Source: Aquifex aeolicus VF5
Lineage (GTDB): Bacteria; Aquificota; Aquificia; Aquificales; Aquificaceae
Reading direction: 5' to 3'
DNA length: 32,000 nt
NCBI RefSeq assembly: GCF_000008625.1
Contig: NC_000918.1
Coordinates: 510,001 to 542,000 of the forward strand
Shown in pieces: positions 11,156 through 18,310 of the stretch (the first letter of the stretch is position 1; each line of letters opens with the position of its first letter). Made by a program: the position numbers and the translations under genes. The notes under the pieces are model-generated. The model ran no database searches. It was not told the DNA's origin and worked only from the letters and a program-made list of their open reading frames with translations.

Positions 11156-13126
11156 TTAAACTTCTTCTACGGGAGTCTTTTGTATTTCTTCTACCGCCTT
11201 TAGGAGTGCGAGTCCGGACTTGTGGAGAGAGTTCTGTCCCAGTATGCCTATGAGTCTCAGGAGAGAAAGTTCGTTTAAGAATGTTTCGTGGTCAAGTCCC
11301 GTCATCTTTTCTACTTCCTCAAACTGTTTTGGGAGAATCCTCACCTTTTCTTCCTTTACGTAAAGGTTTCCTACCTTGGATATGGCTTCCACAATTCTGT
11401 ACATGAAGGGGTTTACAGGGTTGCCGAGTCCTTCGGGAACGGAGGATACAGCTTCCTTTATGAGTTCTCCTGCCTTTGTGAGAACGAGTCCTTCATTAGG
11501 AAGGACGTCCAGAAATCCTCTTGCCTGAAGTTTTTCAACCGCGAGGTGAACTTCCTCTTTCATAACTTCGTCGAATTCCTTGAAGAGTTCACTCAGGAAC
11601 ATTCCCGCTTTTGGTATCTTATGGAGAACCATGAGTTCAAACCTTGTGAGGTGTGGCTTTCTCTTTATGGTGTATGCGAGCTCAGAGTACAGCCTTCCGC
11701 TGTCAGTGGGTGCTCCCGTTCTCACGAGTACCTCATCTACAGCCTGCTTGTACCACTCGTAATTGGGGGCCATAAACTCCCTCTTTGTTATTGTGATAGC
11801 CTTAACACCGGTGGCGGTGATATCCCTTATTCCGTGCTTTTCAAGGTCCTCCAGAACTTTTTTGCCGTGCTCCGTGGGAACGTAATAAAGTTCTCCCTTT
11901 TCTGTGAGCTCAGTCGTTATTAAGTCAAAAGACTCAAGTGAATAAAGGGCTTCCGTAACCAGATCCATCATCTTCTTGTACCACTCTCCGCCCTTTTCGT
12001 AGAAGTGTTTGAAAAGCTCTTCAACGGTTTTTAGTTCCTGGAATTTTTTCTTTATTTCTTCTTTCTTCTTGTAATTAAAGTCCTGATTTATCTTCCTTCC
12101 GTAGTATTCAACGAGGTGTTTGTACTCCTTTAGGGGTCTCAGTAGCATTTCCCTGACTATTTCCTCTTTAGTGGGTAAGGGTCCAGCCTGTTCCTGGTGT
12201 TTCTTGAGGAGTTTGTCTATCGTTTTCAGTATTTCTTCCTCAAAGACTTCAAGGTTGAAGGTTCTGTAGAAGGGGTAGCTCTTCTTTTTCCAGAGTTTGT
12301 AAACTTCGAGGAGTTTTTCGCCTGCGGGAAGAAGGTTTCCTTGGTCGTCAAAGAGTCCGAGCGCGTACATAACTTCTTGTCCCGCTTCGGGAAGTTTTTG
12401 TATTCCCTCGTCAAGGGCGGTTACGAAGTCCTCCAGAATGTCTTCCGATATAAGTGTGTCTAAACTGAAGGGCATAACCCTCAGGGTTTGCTCCACCGCC
12501 TGACCGAGTCCCGTCAGGGCGTATACGTCGGAGTTGGGAACTGAAAAGGCTATGAGTCTCATGGACTCAAGGAGCAGGGGAAAGTGTTTTCCTTCAGGGA
12601 GCATACTCTTTTCTGCGGGACCAGGAGGCATCTTCCTTATATATTCCGCAAGCTCCCGTGAGATTTCCAGTTTAGGCGTTATCTCGTTGTAAATTTCGTA
12701 AACGGCTTTTGCGTATTCATTTACGGTCTTTATCTTTCCTTTCTTTTCCACTTCCACTTCTTCTAAAAAGCCCCTTTCCATTAGGGCGTGCTCTATCTTC
12801 TCTCCCGGTCTGCCGTCGTTGAGGATTGTGGAGTGTATCATGCTGATTATTTCCGAGCCTATCCACCTGAAGTGCTCGTCCCAGTTCTCTGGGTGCGGAA
12901 TGTAACCCTTGTCTATCATCTCGTGGAGGAGGTTCACGAGAGCCTCACCCCAGTAGGTAAGGGTGTACTCGAGGGGTTTTTCAAGCCTCACTAAGTTCTG
13001 AAACTCAAGTTCTAAGAAAACTTCTTCTTCTCTCGTTTTTTCCGCAACCTTGTAAGTAGGTTCTCCTCTTTCTTTTGCTTCCTTTACAGCTAGGAGTGCC
13101 AGAGCGTGTTCCCTCATTATAATCAT
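11156..13126 (-). CDS. hypothetical 656-aa protein made of repeated winged-helix-like modules (last gene of prefoldin-like operon)
   Basis: Long ORF with an ATGA overlap to the upstream gene. It has repeated '(L/P)T..G..hh' wing/helix signatures (TLTYWGEALVNLL, ALTGLGQAVEQTL, LLPAGEKLLEVY, VPTEHGKKVLEDL, LVLTKAGELIKEA, LHKSGLALLKAVEE). Confidence 0.85.
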   Translation of the reverse strand: MIIMREHALALLAVKEAKERGEPTYKVAEKTREEEVFLELEFQNLVRLEKPLEYTLTYWGEALVNLLHEMIDKGYIPHPENWDEHFRWIGSEIISMIHSTILNDGRPGEKIEHALMERGFLEEVEVEKKGKIKTVNEYAKAVYEIYNEITPKLEISRELAEYIRKMPPGPAEKSMLPEGKHFPLLLESMRLIAFSVPNSDVYALTGLGQAVEQTLRVMPFSLDTLISEDILEDFVTALDEGIQKLPEAGQEVMYALGLFDDQGNLLPAGEKLLEVYKLWKKKSYPFYRTFNLEVFEEEILKTIDKLLKKHQEQAGPLPTKEEIVREMLLRPLKEYKHLVEYYGRKINQDFNYKKKEEIKKKFQELKTVEELFKHFYEKGGEWYKKMMDLVTEALYSLESFDLITTELTEKGELYYVPTEHGKKVLEDLEKHGIRDITATGVKAITITKREFMAPNYEWYKQAVDEVLVRTGAPTDSGRLYSELAYTIKRKPHLTRFELMVLHKIPKAGMFLSELFKEFDEVMKEEVHLAVEKLQARGFLDVLPNEGLVLTKAGELIKEAVSSVPEGLGNPVNPFMYRIVEAISKVGNLYVKEEKVRILPKQFEEVEKMTGLDHETFLNELSLLRLIGILGQNSLHKSGLALLKAVEEIQKTPVEEV

Positions 13127-13422
13127 TTGCCTTCACCTCCGAACATTTTTAATTCATCCTCTATGAGTTTTTGGGCTTCTTCCTTGCTCACTTCCACGTA
13201 AAGTTTCCCCACGAGGTAGTAAAACTTCCTGTTTGAGTCAAACTTCTCAAGGGCTTCCTTTGCGAGCTTCAGCTCTTTCTCCATTATATCCCTCTCAAGG
13301 GCTTCCAAAAGCTCAATTGCTTCCTTTACCTTTTCCTCCCTTATGTAGCCCTCTTCCGCTCTGCTCCTTTGCTCAAGGGCTCCTTTTAAAAGGTTTGTTA
13401 TGGCTTTTAATCTCTCAAGCAT
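13123..13422 (-). CDS. prefoldin-beta-like coiled-coil protein, C-terminally short (99 aa)
   Basis: GGAGGTG SD 7 nt upstream. About 60-residue heptad helix, then the beta-hairpin-like KFYYLVGKLYVEVSKEEAQKLIEDEL, which resembles the prefoldin beta core (vYk.vG.vlv.v.keea...l). Confidence 0.6.
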   Translation of the reverse strand: MLERLKAITNLLKGALEQRSRAEEGYIREEKVKEAIELLEALERDIMEKELKLAKEALEKFDSNRKFYYLVGKLYVEVSKEEAQKLIEDELKMFGGEGK

Positions 13423-14143
13423 CTTTCTTCACCTCCGTCCAGCCTGCTGTTTTTTTCTCGGAAGGAACGTAAATAACACTTCTCGGTCTGATATCAAGTC
13501 GGTAAAGTCTCCTTATTCTGTTTCTTATCTCCTTGTCCCCCCAGAACCAGAAGAGTCGGCCTCCGAAGGGGGCTGTGGTCCAAAAGCCTACTCTTAAAGG
13601 GATTTCCCAGTTTTTCATTTCAGAGAGGAGGTTTTTATGGAATATCTCACCTATCGGGTGGTCACGAACGAGCGTAAGTTCCGCGTGGGCGAGGGCTTCC
13701 GCGTAGGAGTGGCATGCGGACCTTAGTTTCTCGTAGTTATTTGCTTTAACTTCAAACTCCGCTACACCCTCAAACACTTCACTCTTGAAGTAGTCCTTAA
13801 AATCCTTCCTCTTCAAGTCGTAAACTTCTACCACCTTTTCCTTAATCCCTTCGGAAGACAGGTAAACCTTTTCGGGAACTTCTATACTTTCTATAAACTC
13901 TTTTTCCGCTTCAAATACCATTTTTTCTATTTCCCTCACGAATTTTCTGAGGGAGGTTCTTTTGTGCCTTTTTACGTAGTTCTTTACCTTCGTGTTTAGA
14001 GCTTTGTCCTTTTTCAGGAAGTAGTAAACGAGAGCGTCTTTTATAGCCTCTTTTATTTCACTTCCGGGAATGAATTTCTTACCGTTTTCTTCGGGAAATT
14101 TCTTAGAAGAGAGGAGAACGGGACTCCATGCAAGCAACTTCAT
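13415..14143 (-). CDS. hypothetical 242-aa protein with Cas RAMP-like motifs
   Basis: GGAGG SD and a 4-nt overlap with the upstream gene. N-terminal WSPVLLSS...[17 protein letters not shown] (compare RAMP tPl.iG...IPGSSlKGalR); glycine-rich [15 protein letters not shown]; C-terminal AGWTEV. Confidence 0.8.
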   Translation of the reverse strand: MKLLAWSPVLLSSKKFPEENGKKFIPGSEIKEAIKDALVYYFLKKDKALNTKVKNYVKRHKRTSLRKFVREIEKMVFEAEKEFIESIEVPEKVYLSSEGIKEKVVEVYDLKRKDFKDYFKSEVFEGVAEFEVKANNYEKLRSACHSYAEALAHAELTLVRDHPIGEIFHKNLLSEMKNWEIPLRVGFWTTAPFGGRLFWFWGDKEIRNRIRRLYRLDIRPRSVIYVPSEKKTAGWTEVKKDA

Positions 14144-14829
14144 TTGAATTCCTCCAGTGCGGTGTTTGCCTTTTCTGAAATATCTATGTCAAAAAGGGCT
14201 ATCGTGGGAAGGAGCCAGGACACCCTGAAGCGGTTGTCCTTTTCTCTAGTCTTTCCGAAGTAAGCGAGGGCTACCCTTCCGAAGCCCGCCATCTTTTCTA
14301 CCTTCTTAGCTCTTTCAAGGAAATCCCTGGCAACCAAGGGAAGTTTTTTGTAGGGGAGCGGAAGGCTTTCTCTTCCCCTTTGTTTGTAGAATTCCGTAAT
14401 GACACCCACGCTCTTTAGGTTGTTGGCGAGCTCATGGAGTCTGTGTTTTTTGAAGAACGCCATCAAGAGTGTTGGGGCGGGGGTTCTCAGAATTTCAAGA
14501 TTTTCTTTTCCTTCTCTCAGCTCCGCTACTATATAGGCCACACCCTCACTCGTCTCTATGTGGGCGAATAACTTTTTATTCTCTGGAAGTTCAAGGAGTA
14601 TTTCTTCTATTTCATACGTAGCCCCTCCCTCCTCCCACTTATCCCCAACCTCCCTGCCTGCTTGTGAAGCAAAAAAGGTTCGAACGCCGTTTTTCTTTCC
14701 GAGTATCAAGTCAAAGCCCCACCTTCTCAAATCCTGTATTGTAAACTCCCTTTCCTTCTCAGGTTGTCCCAATGTTTCAAAGACGAGTGTGTTTAGGGCT
14801 ATCTTTTCTACGAGTTCCTTTTTATCCAT
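14140..14829 (-). CDS. hypothetical 229-aa soluble protein
   Basis: GAGGTG SD. Overlaps both neighbours. No family recognised by eye. C-terminal G-rich segment [13 protein letters not shown]. Confidence 0.8.
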   Translation of the reverse strand: MDKKELVEKIALNTLVFETLGQPEKEREFTIQDLRRWGFDLILGKKNGVRTFFASQAGREVGDKWEEGGATYEIEEILLELPENKKLFAHIETSEGVAYIVAELREGKENLEILRTPAPTLLMAFFKKHRLHELANNLKSVGVITEFYKQRGRESLPLPYKKLPLVARDFLERAKKVEKMAGFGRVALAYFGKTREKDNRFRVSWLLPTIALFDIDISEKANTALEEFK

Positions 14830-15361
14830 TTAGGCTCACCTCTTCGTTTATGCGTGCCATCAGGTAATTCGCGGTTATTTCAAGGGCAAACACAAAGAGC
14901 GTTATCACCGCAGCTCCCCAGAAAGCACCCTCAAAGTAGTTCCCTATGGTAAGAGCTCCGAGGAGGTCAAACTTAGAAAGGAGCATTATGATGAGCATGA
15001 GTGTGAAAATTCCGTAGTAAGCGTACCTGTAGTAATCAAGTCCCGCAAGCCACAGGGCTAAAAGTGCAGGAATGGATAGGTTTTCGGTTCTCTCTACTGG
15101 TTCGTTTGTTTTTTTTGCAAGTTCTCTTCTGTCTATTTCTTTGTTGGTGAGAAAAGCTTCCGCGGTAATTACAAAACTCCCGTAACCGAAGAGGAGTTTA
15201 TTTGCAAACACAAGAGCCCCCAGAAATCCGAGTAAAAACGCAAAACCTTCGGGTGTTAGTACTACGAGGAGAGTTGATACGAATATCCCGGTAAAGGCGA
15301 AAAAGAGAAGTGTCGCAAAGAGTATTACAAGTATCCATTGGGATACACTTTCAGCCTTCAT
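14822..15361 (-). CDS. hypothetical polytopic membrane protein (about 5-6 TM)
   Basis: AGGAGGAG SD and an ATGA overlap. Long hydrophobic stretches are separated by a charged loop ([20 protein letters not shown]). Confidence 0.8.
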   Translation of the reverse strand: MKAESVSQWILVILFATLLFFAFTGIFVSTLLVVLTPEGFAFLLGFLGALVFANKLLFGYGSFVITAEAFLTNKEIDRRELAKKTNEPVERTENLSIPALLALWLAGLDYYRYAYYGIFTLMLIIMLLSKFDLLGALTIGNYFEGAFWGAAVITLFVFALEITANYLMARINEEVSLNG

Positions 15362-15855
15362 TTACTCTCCTCCTTTTTCTCTTCCTTCTTTTCCGTCTGT
15401 TGTTTTTCCTTAACTCCGTAAGTGAAGGGGTGAACAACCGTGTATATGTCCTGTGAAAGTGGGTGCGTGTATGTGAATGTGGCGACTACGAGGTCCCCAA
15501 CTTTCAACTTTTCCGTTCCCTCTTTTAGCTTTAGCTCAACTATGGCAACGCTGAGAGGTGGAATTGTAACGTTTGCGGGAATGTTTGAAAGAACGTATCC
15601 CTTTTCTTTACTTTCCTTTCCAGGGGTAAAAACAAAGGCCTTTTCGGTAATTTTTATTGGGAGTGTTCCGGGATTGGATATGGTGTAGGCTATAAGGTGT
15701 TTCTCCTTATTATAGGTAGCACTCAGAACTATGGGGGAGCCGGGAATGTTTTGAAATTGTTTGAGGAGTTTTGAAGAGGTAAAGTAAGAGCCGACCCCAC
15801 CTCCCACGAGGAGGCCAGCCAAGGCTATCATCGTTCCTATCACAAAGTACCTCAT
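15358..15855 (-). CDS. hypothetical membrane-anchored protein with beta-rich ectodomain and K/E-rich tail
   Basis: GGAGGAGG SD. N-terminal TM anchor MRYFVIGTMIALAGLLVGGGVGSYF, then a beta-strand-patterned domain of about 110 aa, then the [17 protein letters not shown] tail. Confidence 0.8.
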   Translation of the reverse strand: MRYFVIGTMIALAGLLVGGGVGSYFTSSKLLKQFQNIPGSPIVLSATYNKEKHLIAYTISNPGTLPIKITEKAFVFTPGKESKEKGYVLSNIPANVTIPPLSVAIVELKLKEGTEKLKVGDLVVATFTYTHPLSQDIYTVVHPFTYGVKEKQQTEKKEEKKEESK

Positions 15856-16304
15856 TATTTTTTAGCCTCCTCCTGTCCAACTTTTCTTACTTCTTCGAGA
15901 AGTTCTTCAATTTTGTTGTAGAGATCGGCTATCGCTTCCTCAAGTGCCCTCCTTAGAGCTTCCAGAGCTGCTATTTCCTTTCTTATCCTGTCTACCGCCT
16001 CGTCGTAGCTCATTACCGCGGATATTCCCGTTCCTATGCTCATTATCACCTCGTCAACGCCTTCACTCTTTGCCTTTATCTGTGCGGTAGCTCCTACGGG
16101 TATGAGCACTTCTTTACCCTTTCCGAGTTCCTTTAAGCTTCTTAGAGTAGCTTCTGCGGTTCTGAGGTCCGTTATGGATTGATTGATAACGGAAATTTCA
16201 GCCCTGAGGGCTTCAATGTTAGCCATGTAACCCCTGAGCTGTCTGTTTAGCTCATCCATTTTTTGCTCAGGAGTTTTTTGAACTTCCTTCTTCTCTTCTG
16301 CCAT
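15855..16304 (-). CDS. pfdA: prefoldin alpha subunit-like protein (archaeal GimC-alpha type)
   Basis: Coiled coil, then a double beta-hairpin core KEVLIPVGATAQIKAKSEGVDEVIMSIGTGISAVMSYDEAV, then a second coiled coil, as in archaeal PfdA. The ORF track starts at GTG 16313, but GGAGG (16314-16318) sits 9 nt upstream of ATG 16304, which I prefer. Confidence 0.8.
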   Translation of the reverse strand: MAEEKKEVQKTPEQKMDELNRQLRGYMANIEALRAEISVINQSITDLRTAEATLRSLKELGKGKEVLIPVGATAQIKAKSEGVDEVIMSIGTGISAVMSYDEAVDRIRKEIAALEALRRALEEAIADLYNKIEELLEEVRKVGQEEAKK

Positions 16305-16340
16305 CTTACCCACCTCCTATTAAGGTTTACATATAATTTT

Positions 16341-16368
16341 ATTATATTCCTTTTAAAAATTTTTGCAA
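16341..16368 (-). promoter_or_regulatory. candidate sigma70-type promoter of the prefoldin-like operon
   Basis: On the minus strand: -35 TTGCAA (16368-16363), 16-nt spacer, perfect -10 TATAAT (16346-16341). This gives a leader of about 30 nt to the ATG at 16304. Confidence 0.45.
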
Positions 16369-16374
16369 TAATTC

Positions 16375-16404
16375 TTATCATAAAACTTTATAAAATTGTA
16401 TTAA
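16375..16404 (+). promoter_or_regulatory. weak candidate promoter for mnmG
   Basis: TTATCA (16375-16380), 18-nt spacer, TATTAA (16399-16404), in the AT-rich divergent spacer. Confidence 0.2.
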
Positions 16405-16456
16405 GACTTTGTCCCATACACTATTTTGCTAAAGAGGCTAAATTCTATTAATTGCG

Positions 16457-18310
16457 ATGGCTTGGGTAGTTGACGAGTTTGACGTGGTAGTTATAGGAGG
16501 CGGACACGCTGGGATAGAGGCAGCCCTTGCGGCAGCGAGAATGGGCGCAAAGACAGCGATGTTCGTTCTGAACGCGGATACCATAGGACAGATGTCCTGC
16601 AACCCCGCAATAGGAGGAATAGCAAAGGGAATAGTGGTAAGGGAGATAGACGCCCTCGGGGGAGAGATGGGAAAGGCTATAGACCAGACGGGTATTCAGT
16701 TCAAGATGCTGAATACGAGAAAGGGAAAAGCAGTCCAGTCTCCGAGAGCTCAGGCGGACAAAAAACGCTACAGGGAGTACATGAAAAAGGTATGTGAAAA
16801 TCAGGAAAACCTTTACATAAAACAGGAAGAAGTTGTGGACATAATAGTGAAGAACAATCAAGTTGTGGGTGTAAGGACGAACCTCGGAGTTGAGTACAAA
16901 ACGAAAGCGGTTGTCGTGACTACGGGAACCTTTCTGAACGGCGTTATATACATAGGCGACAAGATGATACCCGGGGGAAGGCTCGGAGAACCGAGAAGCG
17001 AAGGGCTTTCCGACTTTTACAGGAGATTTGATTTTCCCCTAATACGCTTTAAGACTGGAACGCCCGCGAGACTTGACAAGAGAACCATAGACTTTTCCGC
17101 TCTAGAAGTAGCTCCCGGAGACGACCCGCCCCCTAAGTTTTCCTTCTGGACCGAGCCCGTGGGCTCTTACTGGTTCCCTAAAGGAAAAGAACAGGTAAAC
17201 TGCTGGATTACGTATACGACTCCCAAAACCCACGAAATTATCAGGAAGAACCTCCACAGAACGGCCCTTTACGGCGGTCTCATTAAGGGAATAGGACCAA
17301 GGTACTGCCCCTCAATTGAGGACAAGATAGTGAAGTTCCCCGACAAGGAGAGACACCAGATATTCCTAGAGCCCGAAGGTCTGGACACAATAGAAATATA
17401 CCCGAACGGACTCTCCACTTCTTTACCCGAAGAGGTCCAGTGGGAGATGTACCGCTCAATCCCCGGACTTGAAAACGTAGTCCTAATCAGACCCGCTTAC
17501 GCCATAGAGTACGACGTTGTTCCGCCCACAGAACTTTACCCAACTCTTGAGACGAAAAAGATAAGGGGTCTCTTCCACGCGGGTAATTTCAACGGAACTA
17601 CGGGATACGAGGAAGCAGCAGGTCAAGGAATAGTGGCGGGAATAAACGCAGCCCTCAGAGCTTTCGGAAAAGAGCCCATATACCTGAGAAGGGACGAGAG
17701 CTACATAGGCGTTATGATAGATGACCTCACGACTAAAGGAGTTACGGAACCCTACAGACTCTTTACCTCCCGTTCTGAATACAGGCTGTATATAAGGCAG
17801 GATAACGCAATACTTAGACTAGCAAAGCTCGGAAGGGAACTCGGACTCCTCAGTGAGGAGCAGTATAAACTCGTAAAAGAACTCGAAAGGGAAATAGAGA
17901 AGTGGAAGGAGTTTTACAAGAGCGAAAGGGTAAGCGTTGCGGTGGGAGGAGACACGAGGAGTTACAGCGTTGCCACACTAATGACCATGAACTACACCCT
18001 TGACGATGTAAAAGAGAAGTTCGGATACGAAGTGCCCCAGCACCCTTACGTAAAAGAAGAAGTGGAAATCCAGCTAAAGTACGAGCCCTACATAGAGAGG
18101 GAGAGGAAATTAAACGAAAAGTTAAAGAAACTTGAAGACACGAAAATACCACCCGACATTGATTACGACAAAATCCCGGGTCTTACGAAAGAGGCGAGGG
18201 AAAAACTTAAGAAATTCAAACCCATAACCGTAGGTCAGGCCTCCAGAATTGACGGAATTACGCCCGCAGCGATAACGGCACTACTCGTTTACCTCGGAAA
18301 GTTAGACTGA
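16457..18310 (+). CDS. mnmG: tRNA uridine 5-carboxymethylaminomethyl modification enzyme MnmG (GidA)
   Basis: DVVVIGGGHAGIEAA FAD motif; SCNPAIGG; GPRYCPSIEDK; YAIEYD; C-terminal GQASRIDGITPAA. Confidence 0.95.
   Translation: MAWVVDEFDVVVIGGGHAGIEAALAAARMGAKTAMFVLNADTIGQMSCNPAIGGIAKGIVVREIDALGGEMGKAIDQTGIQFKMLNTRKGKAVQSPRAQADKKRYREYMKKVCENQENLYIKQEEVVDIIVKNNQVVGVRTNLGVEYKTKAVVVTTGTFLNGVIYIGDKMIPGGRLGEPRSEGLSDFYRRFDFPLIRFKTGTPARLDKRTIDFSALEVAPGDDPPPKFSFWTEPVGSYWFPKGKEQVNCWITYTTPKTHEIIRKNLHRTALYGGLIKGIGPRYCPSIEDKIVKFPDKERHQIFLEPEGLDTIEIYPNGLSTSLPEEVQWEMYRSIPGLENVVLIRPAYAIEYDVVPPTELYPTLETKKIRGLFHAGNFNGTTGYEEAAGQGIVAGINAALRAFGKEPIYLRRDESYIGVMIDDLTTKGVTEPYRLFTSRSEYRLYIRQDNAILRLAKLGRELGLLSEEQYKLVKELEREIEKWKEFYKSERVSVAVGGDTRSYSVATLMTMNYTLDDVKEKFGYEVPQHPYVKEEVEIQLKYEPYIERERKLNEKLKKLEDTKIPPDIDYDKIPGLTKEAREKLKKFKPITVGQASRIDGITPAAITALLVYLGKLD

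Noticed and set aside
11288-11923. 211-aa plus-strand ORF antisense to the 656-aa gene. Similar long antisense ORFs occur at 2713-3075, 5915-6310, 6732-7157, 16448-16861, 22247-22561, 24776-25096 and 30666-31028.
   Set aside because: All lie entirely inside strongly supported genes on the other strand. They lack SD sequences and encode low-complexity Phe/Leu/Ser-rich peptides. Purine-rich sense codons (GAA, AAG, GAG, AGG) give stop-poor antisense frames (TTC, CTT, CTC, CCT), so long antisense ORFs are expected by chance.
11156-16313. The idea that the operon is a cryptic or degenerate type III CRISPR-Cas effector locus.
   Set aside because: Only one protein shows RAMP-like motifs, with a second possibly doing so. 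I found no Cas10-like HD or GGDD motifs in the 656-aa protein, no cas1, cas2 or cas6, and no direct-repeat array anywhere in the 32-kb window. I keep the RAMP similarity as a hypothesis but do not call the locus CRISPR-Cas.
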